Shown here piece after piece: positions 32,455-44,888 of a DNA stretch of 64,000 nt. Both the position numbers and the translations under genes were made by a program. Source of the stretch: Scenedesmus sp. PABB004 (lineage: Eukaryota). Numbering within the stretch: position 1 is the stretch's first letter; each line of letters starts with the position of its first letter. The stretch spans positions 124,001 through 188,000 of the forward strand of contig JABVCE010000022.1 of the NCBI GenBank assembly GCA_014905635.1, given 5' to 3'. The notes beneath the pieces were generated by a model. It worked only from the letters and a program-made list of their open reading frames with translations. It searched no databases and had not been told where the DNA came from.

Positions 32455-34275
32455 ATGGGCGCGGCGTCGTCGCGCTACGAGGCGCTGGCGGCGCACTTTG
32501 ACGGCAGCGGCGCGGCGCTGCTGCGCGCGGCCAAGTCTGGCGACACCCAGGCGGTCTGCGAGCTCGTCAGCGCGCACCCGGTGCTGCTCAAGTACTCGAC
32601 GGTGCGCCAGTTCACGGCCTGCCACCTCGCGGCGCGCGAGGACCACGCCGACGTGCTGTCCCAGCTGCTCGCAAAGGCGGAGGAGCTGGACCACCTGGCG
32701 CGCCTCGCGGCGCCGCCGCGGCGCCAGCCGCGCGAGCCCCGCCCCGGCCTCGTGAGCGAGCTCGTCAACAGCGTGAGCGACCGCGGCGTCACGCCGCTCA
32801 TGCTCGCGGTCGAGCGCGGCTGCACCGCCAGCGTGCGCCTGCTGCTCGCCAAGGTGCGCGGCGCGGCGCCGCGCCCCGCGCCGCGCGCCGCGCGCCGCGC
32901 GCCGCGCCGCGACGGGAGCGGGCGCGGCCGCGACCGCGCGGGCCGTGGGCCGCCGCCGACGCCGCCGGCCGCCGGCCACCGCGCAGGGCGCCGACGTGTG
33001 GGCGGTGGACAAGCTCGGCGGCCGCACCGCGCTGCACTACGCGGCGCGGCGGGACGAGGTGGAGCTCGTCCTGGCCCTGCTGGAGGCGGCGGGCGGGGCC
33101 GCCGGGCCCGTGCGCTTCCCCAACCGCCCGGGCACGCGGTGAGACGGCGGCCGCGGGCCGCCTGCCGAGCGGGCGGCGCGCGCGCGCGCTCGCCGCCTGG
33201 CCCGCGCCGACCCGCGCCGGCCCGCGCCGACCCGTCGCGCAGGTACATCGACGTCCGCACGCAGTCGGGCTTCACGCCCACGCACTTTGCGGTCGCCGCA
33301 AACGCGCAGCAAGCGCTCGCCGCGCTCGTCGCCGCGGGCTCCAACCCCACGCTCTCGTCGCTGTTCGACTGCCTGGACTCCATCAACTGCCCCCGCGGCT
33401 CCACGCCGCTGCACCTCGCCGCGCGCACCGGCAACGCCGCGGTCGCCCGGCAGCTGCTCCAGGCCTACGTGAGCGCCCGCCCGCCCGCCCGCCCGCCCGC
33501 CCGCCCGCGCCGCGGCGCCGGCCCGCGGGAGCCGCCGCCGCGCCGCGGCTCTGTTGGCGGCGGCGGCGCCGCGGCGCCCACGCCGACGGCGCGCGTCCCG
33601 CCCCCGCGCCGCGCGCAGGCGGCGCACTGGCACCACCGCCAGATGCCCGACCCGCGGCTGATCATGGATGGTGACGGCCTGCTGCCCTGCCAGGTCGCGG
33701 CGCGGCGGCAGCACGGCGCGCTCGCGCAGGCGCTGCTGCCGCGCACGCCGCTCGCGGCCGTCATCGGGGAGGGGCACCTCGTCGCGCTGGGCCCGCCCAC
33801 GCTCGCCGCGCTCGCGGGCGCCGCGCTGCGGCAGAGCATCGCGGCCGACCTGGCCCGCATCGAGCGCGCGCCCGCCCCCGGGGCGGCGGCGGGGGCCGAC
33901 GACGCGGGCGCCGGCGAGGCGCCGCCGCCCGCCGAGCAGCGGGGCGCCGACGCGGCGGAGCGGGAGCGCGGCGGCGCGCCGGTCGCAGCCGCGGACGACC
34001 GCAGCGTCGCTGCCGGCAGCGACGGCGAGGAGGAGGAGCTGTGCGGCGTCTGCTTCGACGTGCTGCCGCAGGTGCTGCTGTCGCCGTGCCGGCACCGCCT
34101 CTGCTGCTCCTGCGTGCGCCACCTGCTTGCGCTGCAGAGCCGCTGCGTGATGGTGTGCCCCTTCTGCCGCGCGGGCGTGGACCACCTCGCGCCCGCCGCC
34201 GCCGCGGCCGAACCGGAGGCGCCTGTGGCGCCCGCCGCGCCCGCCGCGCCCGCCGCGCTGGCGCTCGTGGCCTAG
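32455..34275 (+). CDS. Ankyrin-repeat C3HC4 RING E3 ubiquitin ligase (XB3/XBAT-like)
   Basis: MGAASS (myristoylation-like start); ankyrin motifs TACHLAA, GVTPLMLA, GRTALHYAA, GFTPTHFA and GSTPLHLAA; C-terminal CGVC..PCRHRLCCSC..CPFCR. Confidence 0.92.
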   Translation: MGAASSRYEALAAHFDGSGAALLRAAKSGDTQAVCELVSAHPVLLKYSTVRQFTACHLAAREDHADVLSQLLAKAEELDHLARLAAPPRRQPREPRPGLVSELVNSVSDRGVTPLMLAVERGCTASVRLLLAKVRGAAPRPAPRAARRAPRRDGSGRGRDRAGRGPPPTPPAAGHRAGRRRVGGGQARRPHRAALRGAAGRGGARPGPAGGGGRGRRARALPQPPGHAVRRRPRAACRAGGARARSPPGPRRPAPARADPSRRYIDVRTQSGFTPTHFAVAANAQQALAALVAAGSNPTLSSLFDCLDSINCPRGSTPLHLAARTGNAAVARQLLQAYVSARPPARPPARPRRGAGPREPPPRRGSVGGGGAAAPTPTARVPPPRRAQAAHWHHRQMPDPRLIMDGDGLLPCQVAARRQHGALAQALLPRTPLAAVIGEGHLVALGPPTLAALAGAALRQSIAADLARIERAPAPGAAAGADDAGAGEAPPPAEQRGADAAERERGGAPVAAADDRSVAAGSDGEEEELCGVCFDVLPQVLLSPCRHRLCCSCVRHLLALQSRCVMVCPFCRAGVDHLAPAAAAAEPEAPVAPAAPAAPAALALVA

Positions 34276-35112
34276 GCGTGTGTTGTCGACAGACGGCCGG
34301 CAACGACGGCCTTGCACGCTTGGTTTGAGCGTGTGTAGGATGCGCTTTGGATGTGTTGATCATCATTCAAGCACGCACGCGCGGGCGCGTGTGGCTGCGG
34401 CTGTGTATGAACCCAGGCAGCCGCAGGGAGGCAAGCAGCGGGTGTGCGCGCCTGCCGTTTTGCTGTCCCGCCGACTAGCTGCTGGGCTTTTCCAACCTTG
34501 CTGTTGTGCCCTAGGCGGCGGGCGGGGGCGGCGCCGGCCGCCGCGCGCGCGCTCCAGGCCCTGCGCCGTTTGTGAGGGGCGCGGCTGCTTACCGCTGCCC
34601 GCCCTGACGCGCGCGCGCGCGCCGGCCGGCGCCTGCGTGCCCCCCCTGGGCGACTGGGACAGTCGCCCTTGTGTGAGTACTAAGCCTACGCGTGGCTTTT
34701 CTTGAGCTTCCCCTTCTCACTGTTGGCGGCCTGTGAACTGCCCCTACGAACGGCCGGGCAAGGCACGCCCCCCGGAGCTTGCTCGCTTTGCTTTGCGGCG
34801 CGCGGCCGCGCCCGCACGCGCACGAGGCCGCCACGGCCGCCGCGGGCCCTGCGCCTGCGGTCGCTGACTGCGCGTGCGGGCGTGTGCGCGCGCTGGCCAC
34901 TTGGCCGGCCTTTGGCCCCCTTGCATCGGTCGTCGCGCCGATCTGGTTGCCGGGGGAGTTGGCGTGTTGAACAGCTCGCGTCAAAGCCGCGCCTCCCCGC
35001 CGCTCCGCCACGCCGCCAGCCGGCAGCGACCCGGCGCACGCCGCCGCCGTGCGCTCGGTCAGCAGCAGACGCTGACGCTGCGCAGCGGCATGCCCGACCA
35101 CCAAGAACAGCG

Positions 35113-37472
35113 TCAGCAGACGTTGTACTGGCCATACACCACGTCACGCACGCGGTAGTAGTCTCCGCAGAGCGGCCCCTCCAGCAGCAGCTGCCCGTCG
35201 CCCGCGTCGCGGCGCACGACGAGCGCGCCGCCGACGACAAGCCGCCCGCCGCCGCGGAACTCGCTCGGGATGCCCGCTCCCGCGAGGGCCTGCTTCACCT
35301 CGGACAGCTTCACGTCACCGATGAAGATGCCGCCGTGGTCGCCCGTGGCGCCGCCGGCGCCGCCGCCGGCGCCGCCGCCGGCGCCGCCGCCGTCGGCGCC
35401 GTCTGCGCCGGCGCCGCCGGGGCCCTCAGCCGCGCCGCCGGGGCCCGCGGCGTCCACGTCCATCGCCTCGCCGGCGGGCGCCGGCTCGGCGCCGGCGGCG
35501 GCGGACGCGGCGGCGGCCTCGCCGCCGGGCGCCGGCCCCGCGGCGCCCGCGCCCGGCGGCACCAGCAGCAGCTCCGGCTCGGCGCTGCTGCCGCGCGCCT
35601 CGCCCTCGCCGCCCGCAGCCGCGGCGGCGCCCGCGGCGCGCGGCCGCCCGGCGATCTGGCCGTCCACCCACGCGACCTCATACGTCGCGCCGCCCGCGGC
35701 GAGCACGTGCCGCGACAGCCCGCCCAGCAGCTGCCCCGACACGCCGACCACGTAGCTGGGCGCCAGCGGCAGCACCACCTCCTCGCCGGGGCCTGCGCGC
35801 GGCGCGGCGCAGGACGCGGCGCGGCGCGGCGGGCGGGCGCGGCGCGTCGGCGGCGCGGCCCGCACGCACGCCGCGCCGGTCACGCCGGCGGCCACGCCCC
35901 CAGACGCGGCCCACGCGCGCCCCGCGGCCCGCCCCGGGCGCGCCTGGCGTGAAGACGCGCGTCTGGTGGGGCGGCAGCTCGCGCGCGCACGCGGCCGCCA
36001 TGTCGGCGGTGTCGGCCGCGCCGCCGCCCACGAGCGCGAGCGCGCGCGGCGCGAGGCTCGCAACGATTGTCCGAAGGCTGCGGCCCTCGGAGCAGCCGAC
36101 AAAGCCCTCGACCAGCGCGACCTGCGCGGCCAGGAGCAGACCCACGTGCTCCACCACCACCCGCGTCGGCGCGTCGTCCGCCTCCAGCTCCTCCTCCTCC
36201 AGCGCGGCGGCGCCGACGTCCGGCAGCTCTGTCGGCGCGCGGCCGGCGGCCGGCGCGCGGGGCGGCGCGGCGGGGGGCGGCGGTGGCGGAGCGGCAGCAG
36301 GGGAGGAGGGGCGCCCCCGCCGGCGCGCGGCGCGGGGAGCATGCGACGCGCGCTCGGCGCAGCCCGCGCACCCTCGTTCTTGCGCAGCTCGCTGGTGTCC
36401 ACGACTGCGCCGTACGCGTCCCACTCGCCCGACAGCGCCTCCTGCTCGTCCGAGAACATGCAGTGCAGCGCGCCCGGCGGCGGCGCAAAGCCCTCCGTCA
36501 GCACGCCCTCGTCCGCGGGCGCCGGCGCGCCAAAGACATCGTCGTCGCCAAACGCGCCGCCGCCGGGCAGGACCTGGCGGCGCGGTGCGGCGCGGGCGTG
36601 AGGCAGCGCGTGAGCGCGGGCGCGGGGGTGGGCGCGCTGCGCCGGCGCCTGCGCGCACCTGCTCCACCTGCCCCGTGCTGCTGCGCTTGAGCTGGCTGAT
36701 GGCCCCGGAGCTCTCGCGCAGCGGCAGCAGCGCGGCGGCGCCGCCGGGCCCGGCCGCCGCGGCGCCCGCCGCGGCGGCCTTCTCCGCCTCCGCCGCGTCC
36801 TCCGCCGCGCGCTCCGCCTCCCACGCCTCCAGCTCGGCGCCCTCGAGCTTCACGCGCCGCCCCACGCGCAGCGTGAGGCTGAGCGGCCCCGGAGGCCGCG
36901 GCGAGAGCAGGTCGGCGGCGAGCGTGCCGGGCTGCGCGCGGCGCGGGGCGCGGGCGTCGGGCGTCGCGCGGCGGGCGGCGGGCGTCGCCGGGCGCGCTGC
37001 GGCGCGGCGGTGGCGCGGCGGCGGCGGGCGCGACGGCAGGCGCGGGTGGCGGCGCGGCGGCGCGGGCGCCGCACCCGGGGCGGCTGCGTGAAGAGCACGG
37101 CGTTGCGCGGGTCACTGCCCCAGCTGAGCAGCAGCTGCCGCGCGACGCCGTGCTCGAGGCTCTGGCCCGTCGCGAGCACGACCTTGGGCCCCGGGCCCAG
37201 CCGCGCGACGTCGGCGGGGCTGTGGCACAGCGCGACGTTCCTGCGCGGCGGCGGCGGCGATCCGCGGCGGCGGCGGCGCGGTCGGCGCGGCCCTGGCGCT
37301 GCGCGGCGCAGGGTGCGGCGCGCACGCACTTGCAGGTGAGCGGGTTGACGCAGGTGGTGTTGAAATCGCGCTGCAGCTCGTCGCTCATCCACTCGAGCAG
37401 CCCCCGCGCCACCGACAGCGTGCTGCTCGCCACGCAGCTCAGCAGCGCGAGGCCGTACGGCAGCCTGCGCGC

Positions 37473-37504
<32 letters not shown>

Positions 37505-38719
37505 GGCGCTCAGGCCCGCGCGGCCGCGCCGTCCGCGGCCGCGGCGCCGGGTGGCGTCTCACTTGGGCTCGCTGCGCGCCCAGATGCGGTCCAGCAGCAG
37601 CAGGACCTCCAGCATGCGGCCCGCGGTGTCGACGGGCAGCAGCACGCTGCCCTGGCGGCGCAGCACCGAGAGCACCGCGTCCTCAAGCCCCCGCTCCCGC
37701 GTGCTGCGGTTCAGCGTTTTGAGGTGCGCGTGCGCCGCGTCGAGCACCAGCAGCGTGGGGCGGCCCGGCACCTGCGTGAGCTGGCCGACGTTCAGGTGCC
37801 TGCGGCGCGGCGCGCGCGCGGGCGTGGGCGGGCGGGCGGGCGCCGCGCCGCCGGCCGGGCGCGCGCGCGCGCTGCGGGGCGAGAGGCTCCGCCGCCCGGG
37901 GCGCTCTCCCGCCGCCGCGCGGGCGGGCGCTGCTGCTCACCGCTCCTTGGTGTGGTTGGTCTCCACGCCGTACACCACTGCCTCGCCGCCGGCCTCGACG
38001 ACCCACACCGTGCCGCCCACGAGGTGGCCCGCGGGCTTGCCGACGAGGCGCAGCGGCACGCCGCGCAGCTCCAGGTCCAGCACCTGGTGGTGCTTGAGCG
38101 TCCGCACCGCGCCAAACGCTGCGTCGATGTCGTCGGGCGTGAACGCGTCAAACTCACATTGCGCCTGTGCACCCCGGCGCGCGGCGTCATGGCGCGCGTC
38201 AGCGGGCGGGGCCCCGCGCCGGCCGCCGCGCGCGCTGCCCACCCGCGCTGCCCACCCGCACGCGCCAACAGCTGCGGTGTGCGGCGTGCGGCGCGCGGCT
38301 GCGGCGGCGCGCTCACGTGCAGGCCCGCGTGGTGGTCGTACATGAACAGGGGGCCCAGCTTGGCCACGGGCGTGGCGGCGTAGACCGGCGCCGCCAGCCC
38401 GCCGCGCGCGACGAGGTACGGCAGCGCGCCGAGGTGGCGCGTGTCGGGGTGCGACAGCAGCACGAGGTCGACGCCCGGCGCCGCCCTGGCGCGGCGGCGG
38501 CGGCCGCCGTGAGCCCGGCGCGGGGCCCGCGGTGGCGGTGCGTGCGCGGGGAGGCGGCGGCGGCGCTCACTTGAGCGCCGGCTGCAGCAGCTGCGGGTCG
38601 AACGCGTCGTCCCAGCCGCAGTCGAGGAGAACGCACACGGGGCCGATGTGCAGCAGCGAGCAGTAGGCCTGCCCGCCCTCGCCATACAGCGGCGTGAAGC
38701 GCAGCAGCCCCGCCGTCAT
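35113..38719 (-). CDS. CPSF2: Cleavage and polyadenylation specificity factor subunit 2 (CPSF100)
   Basis: [89 protein letters not shown] and [32 protein letters not shown]. Confidence 0.95.
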
Positions 38720-39721
38720 GGTCGCCGGCCACCCGCGCGGCGGCGGCGCGCCGCGAGTGCCCGCGCCGGCCACCCGCGCTAGCCGCTGCTGCTGCCGCCG
38801 CCGGGCCGCCGCGGCGGCCAGGCCATGCCCTCCCGCGCCGGCTGCGCAGGCTGTACGATGTCCTGCGCGCGCTCGAGAGGCGGCGAGAGCTGACGGGCGC
38901 GCTGCAGCGGGTGGAGGCCGGGGGCAGCGAGATGATCAGCAGCTCCTGCCGTCCGGCGCGACCTCTGAGCCCTGCAGCGATCGCAGATGAAGGCGGGCGA
39001 GAGGAAGGCACGCCGCGCTGGCGAACGCGGGCCGGCGGCGAGCACGCGGCGGGCGGCGGCGCGGAGCGCGGCAGCGCTGCTGCTGCACGGCAGGCGGTGG
39101 CAGCTGGGCGAGCGACGGCCGCAGACTGAACAAGCACAGCACCGGTTGCTCACCGGCGTGGGCCAGCGCCGCCGCTCCAAACCTCTGAACCGCTGCTCGC
39201 GACACTACGCCCCGAACGCTCGCGCTCTCTCCCCGGCCCAGGACTCGCTCCCAAAAGCAGACGGCGGCGCACACGCGCCGCCAGCAAGACAAGACAACAA
39301 CATTCACACGGATGTGGTGGTGATACAGTGGCGCACGCGCCCCGGCCCGCGAACTGATGTGTGTGCCTGCGAGCGCGCCGCCGCAGAGGGGCGGCGGCGC
39401 GTCCCCGCCAGTTGTGCGCGTGCGCGCGTGCGCGCATGCAGATGCCGGCGGGTCACGAGCTGCTGCAGGGGTGGCGCCGAGGCGCGCGCGCGTGCGTCGG
39501 CTGCTGGGCGGCGCGGCGCGGCGCCGCCCAGCAGCGTCAGAGGCGCGGCTGCAGCACGAGCTGCTGCCGCGCACCGAATAGCCCGAGGTGTCCGGATGCC
39601 CTAACGCCCTACCTGCCGCCCCCCGCCCCGCCCTGCCCCCTGCCCTGCCCCGCCGCCCCCACCGCGGCGGCCGCTGCAGCCGCAGCACAGCGCCGCGCCC
39701 CGCGCCGCGCGCGCCGCGCCG

Positions 39722-40656
39722 TCACGACGTCGCGAGCATGCTGCGCTGGTGCAGCTCCCATACGAAGCGGTACTCGAGCACGTGCGCGAGCAGCGCGGCG
39801 ACGTGCATGAGCTGGTGGCTGAAGAACGCGACGTCAAAGACGCCCGGGAACTGCTTCTCCGGGAACCCCGCCGCAAAGACCCAGCCGCCGAGCTGCAGCG
39901 ACAGGAACACGCCGCCCGCGAGCGCGGTGCACACGCCCGGCGCGCCCGCGGCGAGCTCCTTGCCCGCAACGTACGCCTGCGGCGCGAGGGCGCGCGGGGC
40001 GCGTGGGTGCGCTGCTCGCCGCCGCAGCTGCGGTGCACCTCTGCCGCCCGCCCGCTGCCGCCGCGCTGCCGCCCTGCCGCCCGCCCTCCCGCCACCCGCT
40101 GCCGCCCGCGGCTGCCCTTCAACCTGCCCCCTGCCGCGCGCGCACCATGGGGAACCAGTAGCAGAGCACGACGCTGCCGACAAAGGCGACCATCTGGCCG
40201 CGGTGGCGCTGGAAGTGGGGCGAGAGCGACACCACCTCGTGCACCGCGACCGCCGCGACGGCCGCCGCGGCCGCGGTGTTGGCCGCGACGCCGAGCCAGG
40301 TCGCGTAGGCGTGCCAGGAGAGGCCAAACGCGAGGAGGACGGAGACAATGAAGATGAACGCCTGGTCGAGGCGGCGCCAGAGGTTGTAGACGTCGGCAGA
40401 GATGCCACGGAAGAGGTGGAAACAGACGCTGAACGGCATGTGCACCAGCACCGCCGCCGTGAGCGCGGCAAAGGGCAGCAGCGCGGCCGCGCCGCCGCCG
40501 GGCCCCGCCGCGGCGAGCGCGACGCAGGCGAAGAGCGCTAGCGAGACGGCGCCGCCGGCGAGCATCGTCCACGCGTTGAGCGTCTCCACGTGCAGCTCGA
40601 ACAGCGCCGCCGCGCAGCGCCGGTAGTCGCCGCCCGCGCGGTAGCCGCTGCGGGGA

Positions 40657-40687
<31 letters not shown>

Positions 40688-40984
40688 GCCTCCTCCGGAG
40701 AAGCAGCGGCGAAGCAGCGGCGGACCGCCGCGCCGCGCCGCGGCGCCGCCGCAGCCCTCCGCGCCCGCGCCGGCGCTGCTGCGGCCGCCAGGCGCCACGG
40801 GAGGCGCGGGGCGAGGCGCCCCGGGGCCGGGGCTGGCCGGAACGCGCGGGGCTGACCGGCATGCCCCCCGCCCGCACCTCAGGACGTGCGGGTAGACGAC
40901 GTAGGGCGGCGCCTCTTCCCGGGTGAGGTCGGTCCGGTACTTCTCGAAGCCCCCTGGCGGCTGCGGGAGCAGGGCCTGCAACAT
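39722..40984 (-). CDS. PAQR/hemolysin-III family heptahelical membrane protein
   Basis: SGYR, FELHVETLNAWT, SVCFHLF, WRRLDQAFI and FPEKQFPGVFDVAFFSHQLMHV. Confidence 0.9.
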
Positions 40985-41308
40985 CGCGCCGCGATCGCGC
41001 GCTGCGCCGGCCTGGTCCTCTGATCGGCGCGGGCCGTCTGTGGGCCGTGGGACGGGCGGGCTCGGCGGCGGGGCGCTCAGGGACAGAGAGAGTTGAAGGC
41101 CAAAGACCTGGCGCCCTCACCGGCCTACCGTTCGCTGCGCCCGCGCGCCGACGAGGCTCCCGCCATTCCTGCGACGACGCAGCGCGCGAGAGAGGCGCAG
41201 CAGCAGCGACTCGCGAGCGGGAGCAGCAGCAGCAAAGGCGGCCCAGCAGCAGGCAAGCACAGGGCGCCAGCGGCGGGCGCCAGGCGCGGCAGCAGCAGCA
41301 GCAGCAGC

Positions 41309-43151
41309 ATGGCGGCGGACGCCAAGCGCGCCCACTCGCCGGACAGCGACGATGGGGGCGGCCTCGCGCTCGTCAAGCGCCAGCGGACCGACGAGTCGGG
41401 CCTGGTCATCGGCTCCATGACCAAGGACGTGCGTGGGCTCCGCCGCAGCGGGGCCCGGGCGCGGGCGAGGCGCGCCGGCGGCGCGGCGGCGCGCGCGCTG
41501 ATCCCGCGCCGCCGGCAGCGGCGCCGCGGCACCGGGGGCCCGCGCCGCCGCCGGCGCCGGCGCCCCGACGCTGGCTCGGCTGCGGGCCACCGCCCCGGCG
41601 GCCGCGCGGGGGCGGCCGAGCGTGGCGCAGCCGCCCACGCGCCGCGGCCGGCGGCGCTGCCGCTGCTGCCGACGCCGCGCCGCCGCCGCCGCGCCTGCAG
41701 GGCATCAAGCGCACGTCCAACCTGCTCGCGCCGACGATGCAGCTGGTGGGCCACGGCGGCGACGTGCTGAGCATGCGCTTCTCGCCGGACGGCGCCACGA
41801 TCGCGAGCGGGTCGTTTGACCGCACCATCCTGCTCTGGCGCACGTACGACGAGTGCGAGAACTACGCGATGCTGCGGGGCCACAAGAACGCGGTGCTGGA
41901 GGTGCGGGGAGGCGCGGTGGCGCGGGGTGGAGGGGCGGGGAGCGGGCGGCGGACGCCCGGCAGCGGATGGGCGCGGCACGGCTGCTCACCCCCGCGCCGT
42001 GCTCGCGCGCAGGTGCACTGGTTCACGTCGGGCGACGCGCTGCTGTCGTGCAGCGCCGACAAGTCGGTGCGCTGCTGGGACGCCGAGGCGGGCGTGCAGG
42101 TCAAGCGGCTGAGCGAGCACACCGCGATCGTCAACAGCTGCTGCCCGCTCGCGCGCGGGCCGCCGCTGTTCGTGTCGGGCGGCGACGACAGCAAAGTCAA
42201 GGTGCGGCGCGCGCGGCGGCGGTGCCGGCGGGCACCAGCAGCAGCAGCAGCGCCGTCGTCGCGCGCCGACGCTGTGCGCCGCCGCCGCGCGCCCGCCGCG
42301 CGCAGGTCTGGGACATGCGCACGAAGCGCAGCGTGCAGACGCTCGACGCGGCCGCGCCGGTGTGCGCGGTCGCGTTCAGCGCCGCCGGCGACCAGGTGTT
42401 CAGCGGCGGGCTGGACAACGAGGTCTCCGGCTGGGAGCTGCGCAAGGGCGCGGTCGGCATGACGCTCGCGGGGCACGGCAACACCATCACCGGCATGCGC
42501 GTCAGCCCCGACGGCAACCACCTGCTCACCAACGCGATGGACAACACGCTGCGCGTGTGGGACACGCGGCCCTTCGCGCCGCCCAACCGGTGCGGCGTCG
42601 CGGCGCCGCGGCGGGCGGCGCGCGGGCCGGGCCGTGCCGCGGCGCGCGCGGGCCGGGCCGCGCGCGGCGTGCGACCGCGAGCGGCGGCCGCTGCGTGGCG
42701 ACCGCCGTCGCTCACGGCCGGCCCGTGCCGTCGCCGTCGCGCCGCGGCCCCGCAGGTGCGAGAAGGTCTTCCACGGCCACCAGCACAGCTTTGAGCAGAC
42801 GCTGCTGCGCTGCGACTGGTCGCCGGACGGCAGCCGCGTCGCGGCGGGCAGCGCCGACCGCGTCGCGTACATCTGGGACGCCGGTGCGCGCGCCGCCTCT
42901 AGGCGCGGGCGGCGCCTCTCGTCGCGGGCGCCGCCCGCCCGCCCGCCGCGCCCGCCGCGCCGCGCCGCGCCCCGCCGTGCCTCACCGGCGCCGCGCCGGC
43001 GCGCCGCGCCGCAGCGACGCGGGAGGTGCTGTACGCGCTGCCGGGGCACAAGGGCAGCGTGAACGAGGTGGTCTTCCACCCCAAGGAGCCGATCGTGGGC
43101 TCGGCCAGCAACGACCGCACTATCTTCCTGGGCGAGCTCGCCACGGCCTGA
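41309..43151 (+). CDS. SNRNP40: U5 snRNP 40-kDa WD40 protein
   Basis: RTSNLLAPTMQLVGH, ASGSFDRTILLW..YDECENYAMLRGHKNAVL, LTNAMDNTLRVWD.RPFAP, GHQHSFEQTLLRCDWS and YALPGHKGSVNEVVFHPKEPIVGSASNDRTIFLGEL. Confidence 0.95.
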
Positions 43152-43338
43152 CGCCCCGGCTGGCGCGCTTGTGCGGGCGGCGCCGCCGCAGCCGCGTGTG
43201 ACGCGCCCCTCCGCCCCTGCGCCCGGCCCGGCAGTCGGCCGCGCCCCGATCGTCGCCCGGCACGTCGCCAGCCTCGGCCCGGACACAGACGCAACAGACG
43301 CAGACACTCCCGAGGGCATCCAGCAGCGCGCCCCTGCC

Positions 43339-44484
43339 ATGGCGCTCCACGCCGCGTCGCACCAGAGCTGCACGGCGTGGACGAGCGCCGTGGCGGCCCG
43401 GGGGCGGCCGGCGCTGCTCTGTGCGGGCCGGCAGCGGCGCGCGCCGGTGCGGGCACCGCCGCCGTGCGGCGCCGCCGTGCGGCGCCTGCGTGCGGGGCCG
43501 CCGCTCAGACGTGCCTCTGCGTCGCCGCGCGCCGCTGTGACCTGCTGCCGCTGCCGCGCTGCTGCTGCGCCGCTGCCGCGCAGCGCGGCGCCCGCGCAGT
43601 GGCGCGCGCGGGGCTCGCCGAGAAGCTCCTGGCGTCGCTGGACCTGGGCAAGCAGGGCCGCGTGAAGACGCTGATGGAGCTGTACACCTCGCCCAGCCGG
43701 TGCGCCCGCGGCACGCGCGGCGCGGCGCGGCGGGCCGGCCGCTGCCCCCTGCGGCAGCGCAGCGCGGCGCACGCACACCGCCGCCGCCGCCGCCGCCTCC
43801 AGGGAGAAGCTGGAGGCGGTGCTCGCCGACGACTTTGCGATGGGCGAGGAGGGCTTCTCCCGCAAGTTCACCAAGCAGGACTACATCAAGCTGATGTGCG
43901 ACGCGGTGCTGCCGGCGGTGCCCGACTTCAACTGGACGCCCGCGACGAGCGGCGCGGTGGACCGCGACGGCTACTGCATCGTGACCGTGCAGGCGCGCGT
44001 GCGCGGCGCGGGCGCGTGGGGCTGGCGCGCGCGGCGGCGCTGGCGCGTGGGGCTGGGACTCGGGGGGCGCCTGCAGGCACGCGGCAGCTGCCGCGAGCGC
44101 CGCCGGCGCCGACCGGCCGCCGCCGGCGCGCGCAGGCGAGCGGCCACCACACGGGCGCGCCGCTCGTCATGCCGGGCCTGCCGCCGCTGCCGCCGAGCGG
44201 CAAGCACTTTTGCCTCGCGCCCGAGGTGCAGAGGGTCCGGGTCAGCGGCGGGCGCGTCAAGGAGATCCTGGTGCGTGCGCCTGCGGCTGGCCGCAGCGCG
44301 CCGGCCGTTGGCCGCAGCGCGCCGCTGCTCCCCCGGTCGGCGGCCGCCCCCCTGACGCGCGCGCGCACGCGCCGCAGGTCCTGCCCGCCAAGGGCGCGGG
44401 CCGCGCGCGCTGTACGCCGCGCTCGGCGGCGGCACGCCGCCGCCGGGCGCCGCGACGCCCGACGCGGCGCCGCCCATGCCGTGA
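43339..44484 (+). CDS. Small NTF2/SnoaL-like (ester-cyclase-fold) protein with a probable transit peptide
   Basis: Five exons: ..EAVLADDF..DYIKLMCDAVLPAVPDFNW..IVTVQASGHHTGAPLVMPGLPPLPPSGKHF..RVRVSGGRVKEI. The fold call comes from the 'PD / GHHTG / PPSGK / GRV.E' pattern. Confidence 0.7.
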
Positions 44485-44888
44485 CTGACGCGCTGGCGGT
44501 CAAAGCAGGGTCCGCTCTCAGCAGCAGCAGGGCGGCCAGCGGGTGGGTGTGTGCATACAGCTAGCAGCGGCGGGCTGGGCGGCGGGGGCGCGGCGAGGCG
44601 TCTGAGTTGACGGCGCGTGGACGAGTTGCCGTGCCTGAGTGCGTTGACGGCATGGTGCTTGGTGCTTCAGTTTTTGGGCGGGCGCTGGTGCAGTTTTGCG
44701 GCGGCGCGCGGACGGCGTCACTTTTGCAACTGCTAGCCCCGCGATCTCGCGGCGATCGGGCCCGCCGGCCCGCGCACCGGTGTCGTGCGGCCCCAAAACT
44801 TCGGCCGGGACGAACAGCGGGCGGCCGCGCCGCCGAGAGCGGGCGCAGCAGCAGCAGCATCCCGCGACCCGCGCCATTGGTGCCCCCG

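Noticed and set aside
4749..43151. Apparent cluster of RNA-processing genes (SF3A2, PPR, CPSF2, SNRNP40)
   Set aside because: Interspersed with unrelated genes over 38 kb; compatible with chance.
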